Shown one piece after another: positions 27,623-37,437 of a stretch of 64,000 nucleotides of DNA. This stretch comes from Minisyncoccota bacterium. Its GTDB lineage: Bacteria; Patescibacteriota; Minisyncoccia; Phycocordibacterales; UBA9973. The stretch is from the NCBI GenBank assembly GCA_031413715.1, contig JANOFO010000009.1, positions 94,866-158,865 on the forward strand, in the 5' to 3' direction. Position numbers and translations under genes: made by a program. Under the pieces are notes generated by a model. The model had not been told where the DNA came from. It searched no databases and saw only the letters and a list, made by a program, of their open reading frames with translations. Within the stretch, counting starts at the first letter, position 1. Each line of letters starts with the position of its first letter.

Positions 27623-28180
27623 ATGGATACACTAACACAAACATCTCATGTGCCTGAAAAAAGACCTTTTAAATTTGTCCACATCGCGATCATTGTAGCG
27701 ATTGTCATTGTCCTTAATTTGTTCTCTAACTACGCAGTTTCGCTCATTTACAAAGAACCGACATATGATACGTATGTAAAGCCTGCCCAAGTAGTAGAAG
27801 AGATCACTACTAAAGACAAATGCCTTTCCGTAGGCGGCCAATGGAGCGAGAATGCCTACCCAGTGGTAAAAGGCCAGCCGAAAGTCGAAGGGTACTGCAA
27901 TCCAAATTATACGAAGGATCAAAACTACCAGGATGCTCGGGCTTCGTATGAGAAAAAAGTTTTCATTACTCTTATTGTTTTCGGAGTACTTCTTTTGGTC
28001 CTTGCTGGATTTGTAGCGGTTCAAATCCTCTCAATCTCTTTCGCTTGGGGCGGAGTCCTGTCTCTTATCATTGCTTCGATCTGGTATTGGTCTTTAGCAG
28101 ATCGTGTTTCAAAAGTAGTAATCCTGGCTCTTGCCTTGGCGCTTCTTATCTGGCTTGCAGTGAAAAAGTTTAATAAATAA
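27623..28180 (+). CDS. Hypothetical membrane protein with 2-3 TM helices and a Cys-containing exposed loop.
   Basis: The ORF runs from 27605, and the likely start is MDTLTQ. I recognise no family. Confidence 0.45.
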   Translation: MDTLTQTSHVPEKRPFKFVHIAIIVAIVIVLNLFSNYAVSLIYKEPTYDTYVKPAQVVEEITTKDKCLSVGGQWSENAYPVVKGQPKVEGYCNPNYTKDQNYQDARASYEKKVFITLIVFGVLLLVLAGFVAVQILSISFAWGGVLSLIIASIWYWSLADRVSKVVILALALALLIWLAVKKFNK

Positions 28181-28200
28181 TTTAAGAGTAAAATTGGGTA

Positions 28201-31200
28201 ATGGGAATGAAAAAATACGATCATACAAAAATCGAAAAGAAGTGGCAAAAGGAATGGGACAAAGAAAAGCTTTACAAAGTTGAAGATAGTGTTACAGGCA
28301 AAGAGAATTTCTATCAGCTTGTTGAATTCACGTATCCATCTGGCAATCTCCACGTAGGGCACTGGTACGCTTTTGCAGTTCCAGATATTTTTGCTCGTTA
28401 TAAACGCATGCAAGGGTTCAACGTACTTTACCCGATGGGCTTTGACGCATTTGGATTACCTGCTGAAAATGCAGCTATTAAAGAGAACGCAGATCCGAAA
28501 GTTTGGACTTATGAAAAAATGAATGCGATGCGGATCCAGCTTAAATCAATGGGTGCGATATTTGATTGGGATCGTGAGATCGTGTCATGCGATCCACAAT
28601 ACTACAAATGGACGCAATGGATGTTCAATAAATTTTTAGAGCATGATTTAGTTTACCGTGATATTACAAAAGTAAACTGGTGTCCCAAAGACCAGACTAT
28701 TCTTGCCAACGAACAAGTTGTCGATGGGCATTGTGAACGCTGCGGTGCGGAAGTAGAGCAAAGGAATCAAGAGCAATGGATGCTCCGCATTACCAAATAT
28801 GCCGACCGGCTTATCGATGACCTCGATGCACTAAATTGGCCAGAAGAAATCAAAGCGGCTCAAAAAAACTGGATTGGCAGAAGCGAAGGAAGCGAAATTG
28901 AATTTCATATACGACAGAGCCCATCCCCGACCCTTCCCAAAGGGAAGGGAGAAATACCTGGTTATATGACTTCAAATGATGAAATTTATGAAACTGTTCA
29001 AGAGAGAGCAGTAGAAATGCGAAAAGCTCCGACTAAAGCAGAGGAAATTTTGTGGGATTCATTAAGAGGGAACAAAATTGGTTATCACATAAGGAGACAG
29101 CATGTAATCGATAGATTTGTTGTGGACTTTGCTTGCTTAAAAGAAAATCTTGTTATTGAGATAGATGGTGATATTCACGACTTACAGAAAGAAAAAGACG
29201 AGGAAAGAACAAATATTCTTAAAAACCTAGGGTTTAGGGTTATTCGGTTTAAAAATGACGAAGTAATAAAAAATTTAGATGGAGTAATAAATAAAATCTT
29301 AAATGAGTTAAAGAACCCTTCCCTTGGGGAAGGGCAGGGATGGGCTTCATCTGAAATAATAAAAGTATTTACGACGCGAGCGGATACTCTATTTGGTGTG
29401 ACATATATTGTCCTTGCTCCAGAACATGAGCTAGTAGAAAGTTTAAAATCTAAAGTCGAAAGTGAAGAAAATAGAAAACAAATTGAAAAATATATTTCAG
29501 ATACGAAGAAAAAATCCGAACTTGACCGCAAGCAGCAGAAAGAAAAAACTGGGGTAGAACTCAAAGGAGTAAAGGCGGTAAATCCTGCAAATGGTGAAGA
29601 AGTGCCGATCTGGGTGGCGGACTACGTGCTTGCAGGTTACGGAACAGGAGCGATCATGGCTGTACCGGCTCATGACGAGCGGGATTTTGAATTTGCTAAG
29701 AAATACAATTTGCCGATCAAGAGAGTTGTGGAGCAAAAATTCATAGCGACTGATAGTCCTATGCATTCTGAACTTGAAATTCCCGCTACATATAGAAATG
29801 CCATTTGTGCAATAATTCGTAATCCCAAAGATGATACATATCTCTGCAGCGTCTGGAAAGATATTCATTGCCACGGATTGATAACAGGCGGAGTGGAAGA
29901 GGATGAAGATATTGTTGAAGGAGCCTTGCGTGAGATATATGAAGAAACTGGATATAAAAATTTAAAATTTATAAGGAATCCTGATATAGCAATTCATACT
30001 TTTTTTTATCATCGTAAAAAAGAAGTAAATAGATGGGCCCGATTTCAATATCTCTTTTTTGATCTGATAGACGAAGTTCAGGACTCTATCGACGAGAATG
30101 AATTCGCAATACATGATGTTGTATGGAAATCTAAAGACGAACTCAATGATTTCTTTTCTGTTGTAGAAGGAGAGTTTTCTCTTACATTAATAGAAAATAA
30201 TGGAGACTATGTATATACAGGTGAAGGTATTCTCGGGAATTCTGGGAGATTTAATGGCATGGATTCAGAAGAAGCCCGCACAAAGATTACCGAAGCAGTC
30301 GGAGGGAAAATGGTAAAAACATATAGATTGCGCGATTGGGGGATTTCGCGCCAGCGGTATTGGGGTACGCCGATCCCTATCGTCTATGATCCCCAAGGGA
30401 AAGCCCATCCTGTGCCGGACGAGCATTTGCCGTGGATTTTACCTGATGATGTTGATCACAAGCCGTCAGGTGTGGCACCGCTTGCTAAAAGCAAGGAACT
30501 CTTTATGCGAACCGAGAAAATTTTTGGTGAAGGTTGGAAGCCAGAAGTGGAGACGATGGATACGTTTGTGGATTCTTCATGGTATTTCTACAGATATCTT
30601 GATAATAAAAATAGTAAAACATTTGCTGATAAAAAACACCGAGACGCATGGATGCCGATTGATCTTTATATGGGTGGTGCTGAGCATACTACTATGCATT
30701 TACTGTATTCACGTTTTTGGGTGAAAGCCATGCATGATCTAGAAATGGTGAAAGAAATAGAAAGCTATAAAGTGCGTCGCAATCGTGGGCTTATCTTGGG
30801 ACCTGACGGCAATAAAATGTCGAAATCCAAAGGCAATGTTGTTAATCCAGATGAGATTGTCGAGAGGTTAGGCGCTGACACTGTGCGTATGTATCTGGCT
30901 TTCATGGGGCCATACGGAGTTACGGTCAATTATCCATGGGATCCAAATGGAGTGGTGGGCGTACGACGGTTTCTTGAGCGGGTCTGGAAGTTGAAAGACA
31001 AGTTGAAAGAGAATAAAGAAGGCACTTCTTTCTTTATTGAGAAATCCACTCATCTGGCAATAAAAAATATAACTGAATATATGGAAAGTTATAAGTTTAA
31101 TACAGCAGTCTCGCAAATGATGATTCTTTTAAATTATTTAGAAAAACAAGATGTTACTATCGAGATTTATAAAACATTGTTGCAGCTTCTTTCGCCATTT

Positions 31201-31488
31201 GCTCCGCACATGACCGAAGAGCTCTGGCGAGATCTTGGTGAAAAGAAATCTATACACCTAACACCATGGCCGACATGGGATAAAGATAAGATTATTGATA
31301 CTGTGTTTAAAATCGTAGTCCAAGTGAATGGTAAGGTCCGCACCCAATTTGAAGTAGAAAGCAGTATGAGCGAAGAAGATATCAAGATTAAAGTCTTGGC
31401 AGATCAAGCCATACGATCATGGACAGAAGGCAAGGAAATAAAACGCGTCATATATGTAAAAGATAGACTTGTTAACATTGTCGTCTAG
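28201..31488 (+). CDS. leuS: Leucyl-tRNA synthetase carrying two inserted accessory domains, DUF559 (Vsr-like endonuclease fold) and NUDIX.
   Basis: The HIGH motif is HVGH and the KMSKS motif is KMSKSKGN. LeuS-specific segments include YPMGFDAFGLPAEN, AVPAHDERDFEFAKKYNLPI and YRLRDWGISRQRYWGTPIP. The protein is 1095 aa against about 860 typical. Insert 1 (about residues 243-380) matches DUF559 (T-AEEILWDSLRG...RRQ...DFAC...IEIDGDIH...DEERT..L...GFRVIRF-NDEV). Insert 2 (about residues 520-665) has a full Nudix box, GGVEEDEDIVEGALREIYEETGY. Confidence 0.9.
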   Translation: MGMKKYDHTKIEKKWQKEWDKEKLYKVEDSVTGKENFYQLVEFTYPSGNLHVGHWYAFAVPDIFARYKRMQGFNVLYPMGFDAFGLPAENAAIKENADPKVWTYEKMNAMRIQLKSMGAIFDWDREIVSCDPQYYKWTQWMFNKFLEHDLVYRDITKVNWCPKDQTILANEQVVDGHCERCGAEVEQRNQEQWMLRITKYADRLIDDLDALNWPEEIKAAQKNWIGRSEGSEIEFHIRQSPSPTLPKGKGEIPGYMTSNDEIYETVQERAVEMRKAPTKAEEILWDSLRGNKIGYHIRRQHVIDRFVVDFACLKENLVIEIDGDIHDLQKEKDEERTNILKNLGFRVIRFKNDEVIKNLDGVINKILNELKNPSLGEGQGWASSEIIKVFTTRADTLFGVTYIVLAPEHELVESLKSKVESEENRKQIEKYISDTKKKSELDRKQQKEKTGVELKGVKAVNPANGEEVPIWVADYVLAGYGTGAIMAVPAHDERDFEFAKKYNLPIKRVVEQKFIATDSPMHSELEIPATYRNAICAIIRNPKDDTYLCSVWKDIHCHGLITGGVEEDEDIVEGALREIYEETGYKNLKFIRNPDIAIHTFFYHRKKEVNRWARFQYLFFDLIDEVQDSIDENEFAIHDVVWKSKDELNDFFSVVEGEFSLTLIENNGDYVYTGEGILGNSGRFNGMDSEEARTKITEAVGGKMVKTYRLRDWGISRQRYWGTPIPIVYDPQGKAHPVPDEHLPWILPDDVDHKPSGVAPLAKSKELFMRTEKIFGEGWKPEVETMDTFVDSSWYFYRYLDNKNSKTFADKKHRDAWMPIDLYMGGAEHTTMHLLYSRFWVKAMHDLEMVKEIESYKVRRNRGLILGPDGNKMSKSKGNVVNPDEIVERLGADTVRMYLAFMGPYGVTVNYPWDPNGVVGVRRFLERVWKLKDKLKENKEGTSFFIEKSTHLAIKNITEYMESYKFNTAVSQMMILLNYLEKQDVTIEIYKTLLQLLSPFAPHMTEELWRDLGEKKSIHLTPWPTWDKDKIIDTVFKIVVQVNGKVRTQFEVESSMSEEDIKIKVLADQAIRSWTEGKEIKRVIYVKDRLVNIVV

Positions 31489-31546
31489 TATTATCTGCTT
31501 TTATTAGGTATAATTAAGCATTATTATTCGTCTAAACTCAAAAACG

Positions 31547-33898
31547 ATGGAATCAAAAAGAGTTGAATTTTTTAATAAGTTATCTTTTATTACTCTCTTA
31601 GTTACTCTGTTCCTTTCTCTATTCTTCTTCATACCGTATGTACCAGTAACTCTTGAAGCAAGCAAGGGCTTTTTGCTGTCGATAGGCATGACCCTAGCGC
31701 TTTTCTTCTGGCTGATTGCGCGGCTCGGCGAGGGTAAGTTCTCAATTCCAAAAGATCGGCTCATACTTTATGCTGGCGCTATACCGGTTATCTTTTTGAT
31801 TTCATCGTTTTTCTCATCATCAAAATATATTTCATTCTTTGGCGGCGGATTTGAGATGGGAACATTTGGTTCCATGCTTATTCTCTTTATTCTATTTTTC
31901 TTATCGTCAATTTACTTTCAAACAGAAAGAAGACTTTGGTATTTCTACCGTGCGCTATTCATAGGCGCGAGCATACTTGCTGTTTTTGAGTTTGTCCATA
32001 TTTTCGTAGGTGTTGGCCGCTTTGCGCCAAACCTTTTGAAAGGGATTTCATCGGGTAATCTAGTGGGTACATGGAACGATTTTGCCTTGCTTTTTGGTCT
32101 CGTTGTTATTCTCGTACTCTTTACCATCGAATTTCTAAGAATAAAGGGCCTTTTCTTGGTCATGCAATACTTTTTGCTTGCTAGCGGTCTATTTTTTCTG
32201 ATCATCATCAATCTTCCACTGGTCTGGATTCTTGTTGGAATCTTTTCCATAATCCTCTTTGTTTATAGTATATCTATTCAACAAGCCGGAGTAAGAATTA
32301 TCCATGGAGGGGGTGATAAGAAGAAGTTCCCATTCACGACTCTTGTCGTTGTCTTTATATGTTTGATTTTTGTGGTAGGAAGTAATTCACTTGGTGGTCT
32401 AGTTGCCAAATATGTTAATGTGCCTAACACAACTGTCCGGCCGCTCATTACCACAACAGGTCAGATCGCTCTTAAAGCAATAAAACACAATCCGCTTTTT
32501 GGCACTGGTCCTAATACCTTCGCACTTGATTGGGCTCTTTGGCAACCAAAGCAAATTGCACAGTCTATATTCTGGAATGTAGATTTTACCAATGGATATA
32601 GCTCTCTCGCTACGTTCGTCGTTACAACGGGCCTGCTTGGTCTGGTAGCATGGTTGCTTTTCCTTGTTACATTCTTTGCTCGGTGTGTTCGATCATTGCG
32701 TAAAATTTTACGGAATCCACTTTCAAATTACTTTACAATGACCACATTGGCCGTATCTATATACTCGTGGGTTACATTACTCTTCTATACTCCAAATGTT
32801 ATTATGTTTGCCATGGCCTTTGTTTCAAGCGGAATGCTTGTCGGCATACTTGTCTACAACGAAGGTTTACCGGTAAATCATTTTTCCTTCCTAAAAGATC
32901 CTCGACATAGCTTTTTCTCAATTCTCGGATTGATGGCTCTTATGATTCTTACTCTCTCTATGACGTATATATACGCTGAGAAATTCGCATCCATCATTTA
33001 CTTTTCCAAGGGTTCTACTACAAGCGCAAATACGCTAGAAGCTCTTTCTAAATCAGAGAAGATGATCGCAAATGCACTTATGCTCGACCATAATGACATC
33101 TATTATCGAACACAATCTCAGATTTATATAAGTGAAATTAGTGTCTTGCTTAACGACAAGACCATCTCAACGGATGCCCTCAAGTCTGATATACAAAAGC
33201 TCGTAAATCTTGCTGAGACTTCTGCTCAGGCAGCGGTGAGTCAAAATCCAAAGCAATATCAGAATTATATAAACCTTGCCAATGTCTATGGCTCCCTGGT
33301 TCCGCTTGTAGTTTCCAATAGTTATGAAAGTGCTGTTGGTGCCTATGACAGGGCTCTTGTTCTTGCTCCGAATAACCCTTCTATTCCACTTGGCCGTGCA
33401 TCTCTTGAGATGGTCAATAAGAACAATGCAAATGCACGTAAATATATCAACCAAGCTTTGGCAATCAAAGCTGACTATACCGATGCAATATTTCTCTTGG
33501 CGCAGATCGAAACCAACGAAGGTAACTTGAGTGAAGCTATCAAACAGGCCGAGCGGGCTGCCCAGGTTTCTCCAAATGACCCAACAGTATTCTTCAGGTT
33601 AGGGCTTCTCCGTTATAATAATTCCGACTACTCTGGCGCAGTCGGTGCATTCGAACAAGCTGTCATACTTGACCGCAATTATTTAAATGCTCGCTTCTTC
33701 CTTGGTCGATCATATCAAAAGGTAGGACGTAAAGATGATGCCCTTGTGCAGTTTGATTTACTATTAGAAGCGTTGCCAAATAATCAGGATGTCAAAGATG
33801 CGATAAGTTCACTATCGGGTAATGCTCCATCTGTGCCGGATGTTAAAACAGCCGCTCCAACAACAACTTCTAAGCCACCATTACCAGGACAACGCTAA
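31547..33898 (+). CDS. Polytopic membrane protein of the O-antigen ligase (Wzy_C)-like family with C-terminal TPR repeats.
   Basis: About 10 or more TM helices are followed by a soluble C-terminal domain with TPR-like repeats (AYDRALVLAPNNP..., AIKADYTDAIFLLAQIE..., AAQVSPNDP...). The protein is 783 aa. Confidence 0.55.
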   Translation: MESKRVEFFNKLSFITLLVTLFLSLFFFIPYVPVTLEASKGFLLSIGMTLALFFWLIARLGEGKFSIPKDRLILYAGAIPVIFLISSFFSSSKYISFFGGGFEMGTFGSMLILFILFFLSSIYFQTERRLWYFYRALFIGASILAVFEFVHIFVGVGRFAPNLLKGISSGNLVGTWNDFALLFGLVVILVLFTIEFLRIKGLFLVMQYFLLASGLFFLIIINLPLVWILVGIFSIILFVYSISIQQAGVRIIHGGGDKKKFPFTTLVVVFICLIFVVGSNSLGGLVAKYVNVPNTTVRPLITTTGQIALKAIKHNPLFGTGPNTFALDWALWQPKQIAQSIFWNVDFTNGYSSLATFVVTTGLLGLVAWLLFLVTFFARCVRSLRKILRNPLSNYFTMTTLAVSIYSWVTLLFYTPNVIMFAMAFVSSGMLVGILVYNEGLPVNHFSFLKDPRHSFFSILGLMALMILTLSMTYIYAEKFASIIYFSKGSTTSANTLEALSKSEKMIANALMLDHNDIYYRTQSQIYISEISVLLNDKTISTDALKSDIQKLVNLAETSAQAAVSQNPKQYQNYINLANVYGSLVPLVVSNSYESAVGAYDRALVLAPNNPSIPLGRASLEMVNKNNANARKYINQALAIKADYTDAIFLLAQIETNEGNLSEAIKQAERAAQVSPNDPTVFFRLGLLRYNNSDYSGAVGAFEQAVILDRNYLNARFFLGRSYQKVGRKDDALVQFDLLLEALPNNQDVKDAISSLSGNAPSVPDVKTAAPTTTSKPPLPGQR

Positions 33899-33909
33899 GA
33901 GAATAAGCT

Positions 33910-35598
33910 ATGGTTAAGCGTATTCTCACATTTCTCAATAAAGAGTTCCATGGAGTAAACGAAGCCGCCTTATTGCTTGGCGGATTTGCTTTTCTTTCTC
34001 AGTTGTTAGGCCTTGTTCGGGATAGAATGCTCGCTTATATGGTAGGAGCGGGACCGACACTCGATGTATATTATGCTGCTTTTCGTATTCCGGATTTTCT
34101 ATACATATCTATCGCTTCACTTGCATCGATTACCGTTCTTTTGCCTTTTCTAATTGAGAAGTTAAATGGAGATACGAATGGCAGAGAACGAGCCAGCAAG
34201 TTCCTCAACAATGTCTTTAGTGCATATATGCTCTTTATGGTCGGTATCAGTATTGTGGTCGCTATTCTTATGCCTTATATTGCGCACTCCATCGCTCCAG
34301 GCTTTACAGAAGAGCAGATCCGTTCGCTTGTTATGACAAGTCGCATTATGCTCTTCTCTCCGATCTTCATAGGGCTGTCGAATCTCATTGGTACTATCAC
34401 ACAGCTCTTCAAGAATTTCTTCGTATTTTCTTTGTCGCCAATATTTTACAACATTGGTATTTTAATGGGAATATTTTTCTTCTATCCGTTGTTTGGGGTC
34501 TATGGCCTTGCAATCGGTGTCGTTATTGGCGCAATGATGCATCTTCTCGTGCAAGTTCCTACAGTCATACGGCATGGATTTTTCCCGAAATTTATTTCTC
34601 AAATCTCATGGAAAGAAATTTTTCAGGTTGTAAAGCTCTCAGCACCGAGAACCTTTACGCTCTCCTGTAATAGCCTAGCTTTTGTGGTGCTTATTGCCAT
34701 GGCTTCTACTCTTGCGCCCGGATCTATATCACTCTTTACCTTTTCATACAATTTACAGTCTGTGCCTGTAGGCATCATCGGAATATCCTATTCCGTCGCC
34801 GCATTTCCAATCCTCGTTAAATCATTCTCCATGAAAGATATGGAAAGCTTTATTAATCAAATCACAGGAGCGGCGCGCCAGATTATATTTTGGTCACTGC
34901 CGGTCATTACCCTTATGATTGTGCTTCGAGCACAAATTGTGCGTGTTGTCTTGGGGTCAGATACATTCTCATGGTCTGATACTCGTCTGACCGCCGCCGC
35001 CGCCGCGCTCTTTGTTGTTTCCCTCGCATCTCAGAGCCTTGTGCTATTATTTGTCCGTGGCTATTATGCTGCTTCAAATACTCGGAAGCCCCTATTCATC
35101 AATGTATTCTCTTCTGTAATGATGATCGTTCTTGCATATACATTCATACATGTGTTTCGTTCGTACCCGCATATATTATCAAATCTGGAATCTCTTTTGC
35201 GTGTCAAGGGTGTACCTGGGACTATTATGCTCGCATTGCCACTCGCATACGCTACCGGCTCACTCCTGAACTTTTTTCTTATATGGATTTTATTCAAGAA
35301 AGAATTTTTGAAAGGGCGTTCTTCGAAACTTTGGACAACATTTATTCAAAGTGTCGTCGGATCACTTGTGATGGGTGTTATGGCGTACATCGCTCTCTCA
35401 ATATTTGACGACATCTTTGGTCTTACTACTGGCCGAGGAATTTTTCTGCAAGGATTTGTTTCCGGTATTGTCGGTATTAGCTTTGGAGTTTGCGCGCTCG
35501 CGCTTATGAAGAATAGGGAACTTGCCGATCTTGCTCGCGCCCTTAGTCATAAATTCTGGCGCGGCCGCGTCGTCGCTCCTGAACAAGGAGAACTATAA
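33910..35598 (+). CDS. murJ: Lipid II flippase MurJ (MviN).
   Basis: The N-terminal motif is LLGLVRDRMLAYMVGAGPTLDVYYAAFRIPDFLY. There are about 14 TM helices in 562 aa. Confidence 0.85.
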   Translation: MVKRILTFLNKEFHGVNEAALLLGGFAFLSQLLGLVRDRMLAYMVGAGPTLDVYYAAFRIPDFLYISIASLASITVLLPFLIEKLNGDTNGRERASKFLNNVFSAYMLFMVGISIVVAILMPYIAHSIAPGFTEEQIRSLVMTSRIMLFSPIFIGLSNLIGTITQLFKNFFVFSLSPIFYNIGILMGIFFFYPLFGVYGLAIGVVIGAMMHLLVQVPTVIRHGFFPKFISQISWKEIFQVVKLSAPRTFTLSCNSLAFVVLIAMASTLAPGSISLFTFSYNLQSVPVGIIGISYSVAAFPILVKSFSMKDMESFINQITGAARQIIFWSLPVITLMIVLRAQIVRVVLGSDTFSWSDTRLTAAAAALFVVSLASQSLVLLFVRGYYAASNTRKPLFINVFSSVMMIVLAYTFIHVFRSYPHILSNLESLLRVKGVPGTIMLALPLAYATGSLLNFFLIWILFKKEFLKGRSSKLWTTFIQSVVGSLVMGVMAYIALSIFDDIFGLTTGRGIFLQGFVSGIVGISFGVCALALMKNRELADLARALSHKFWRGRVVAPEQGEL

Positions 35599-35652
35599 TA
35601 ACCTTTGATTTTCAATGCTTTTCTGGTAATATAGGATAATACCTATATTACT

Positions 35653-37437
35653 ATGCCTAATAAAAAGCCATCTACATTGAAACGCATAGCATTCTATCTA
35701 AAGGAATATAAAAAAACTCTTGTTTTTTTACTTATTCTTATTATATTTTCTCAGGCAGCTAGTATTGTGGTACCTTTCATCTCCAAGACGCTGATCGATT
35801 CTTTAACAGGATTTATTAAAAATGGAGGGGTCTTACCGTGGATTACTTTGATTTATTGTGCAATAGGAATTCTTGTAATGACCCTCATTAGCAGTATTTT
35901 ACAATCTTTTTATAATTACAATCTTTTCCAGATGGTAACAAAAGCAGAAGATAAAATTAGGAATTTAGCCTTCAAAAAATATCTACAGTTACACTCACTT
36001 TTTCATCATGGGGCTTCTAGTGGACAGATTATCGGTCGTATTGACCGAGGTGCAACGTCTTTTTATACTATCGTCAATGATATAGTAGGACAAAAAATTG
36101 TTCCACCCCTAATAATATTTTTAGGAGCTTTTAGTGCTCTTTTGTATGAAAATATCTGGATTGCATTAGTCGTCCTTGTACCATTTCCTATATATATATT
36201 TGCTACTCGGAAAATTGCAAACAAGATTTATCTCATTGAACAAGAATCAAATGATGCTTTTGAAGGAGTGTCAAAGGAAATGTATGACGTAGCGGGAAAT
36301 GTGCTTACTGTTAAAAAATTCTCTCAAGAAGAAATAGAAACATCTAACAATAGAAAGTTTCTTGCAGATGCACGCAAGATTCAATATAGTGCAGAGCGTT
36401 TATGGCAACGTATTGAAAACATCCAAGCCATTATATCTACAATGGGGCGAATCCTCGTGCTTGCTCTCTCGGCCTTTTTTGTTTTAAAAGGTATGGCAAG
36501 TATTGGTCAGTTTGTTCTCTATATCACCCTTCAAGATATGGCATATAAACCTTTAGCAGAATTAGGATCTCTCTTTACTCGTATTAGGAGAAATGTAACG
36601 AGAGTGGAAAGGTTATTTAGTATTTTAGATGAGCCACTCCATGTAACTGATGTCCATAATGCTGTTTCGTTACCTCTTCTTACAAAAGAAATAGAATTTA
36701 AAAATATTTCTTTTTCGTATCACAATGACAATCAATGGGCAATTAAAGACTTAAACATTATTATTCCTGCAGGAACCACGTGTGCTCTTGTAGGAAGATC
36801 TGGAAGCGGAAAGACTACATTCATTAATTTATTGCTTAGGTCATATGATCCCCAACAAGGAGAAATATTGATTGATGGAATAGATATTAAGATAGCGACC
36901 CAAGCTAGTTTGCGTAACCAAATTGCAGTTGTGCCTCAAGAAGTGGATCTGTTCTCACGATCGGTATTTGAAAATATTGCATATGGGAAAGGAGAAATTC
37001 CACAAGAACAAGTTGAAAATGCTGCCAAAACTGCGCTGGCTCATGATTTTATTCTAAAATTAGATGATGGATACAATACTATTGTAGGTGAAAGAGGTAT
37101 TAAGCTCTCTGGCGGTGAGCGTCAAAGAGTGGGTATCGCTCGCGCAGTATTACGTGATCCAAAAATTTTGATTCTCGATGAAGCTACAAGCCATCTTGAT
37201 ACAGAAAGTGAACAGTTGATAACTCGTGCTACCGATGCATTGGTTAAAAATCGAACTTCACTTATAATAGCCCATAGACTTTCAACCGTTATTCATGCCG
37301 ATAAAATTTTAGTATTCAAGGATGGGGAAATAGAAGCAAGCGGTACACATGCAGAGTTGCTAAATTCTAGTTCGACATATGCGAAACTCCACTCACTTCA
37401 ATTTGAAGATGAAGGCGAAGAAGATGACGATCAATAA
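35653..37437 (+). CDS. ABC transporter with fused permease and ATPase (MsbA-like exporter).
   Basis: Six N-terminal TM helices are followed by Walker A GRSGSGKTT, the ABC signature LSGGERQRVGIARAVL, and Walker B ILILDEATS. Confidence 0.9.
   Translation: MPNKKPSTLKRIAFYLKEYKKTLVFLLILIIFSQAASIVVPFISKTLIDSLTGFIKNGGVLPWITLIYCAIGILVMTLISSILQSFYNYNLFQMVTKAEDKIRNLAFKKYLQLHSLFHHGASSGQIIGRIDRGATSFYTIVNDIVGQKIVPPLIIFLGAFSALLYENIWIALVVLVPFPIYIFATRKIANKIYLIEQESNDAFEGVSKEMYDVAGNVLTVKKFSQEEIETSNNRKFLADARKIQYSAERLWQRIENIQAIISTMGRILVLALSAFFVLKGMASIGQFVLYITLQDMAYKPLAELGSLFTRIRRNVTRVERLFSILDEPLHVTDVHNAVSLPLLTKEIEFKNISFSYHNDNQWAIKDLNIIIPAGTTCALVGRSGSGKTTFINLLLRSYDPQQGEILIDGIDIKIATQASLRNQIAVVPQEVDLFSRSVFENIAYGKGEIPQEQVENAAKTALAHDFILKLDDGYNTIVGERGIKLSGGERQRVGIARAVLRDPKILILDEATSHLDTESEQLITRATDALVKNRTSLIIAHRLSTVIHADKILVFKDGEIEASGTHAELLNSSSTYAKLHSLQFEDEGEEDDDQ

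Noticed and set aside
28918-29355. Intein interpretation of the LeuS insertion.
   Set aside because: There is no Cys/Ser/Thr at the N-terminal splice junction and no terminal His-Asn, and no block A/B/F/G motifs. The insert matches DUF559 instead.
37379-37423. Longer LepA start (MRNSTHFNLKMKAKK...).
   Set aside because: It overlaps the ABC transporter by 59 nt, and the extension does not resemble the EF4 N-terminus. An internal Met at 37424 or 37442 is more likely.
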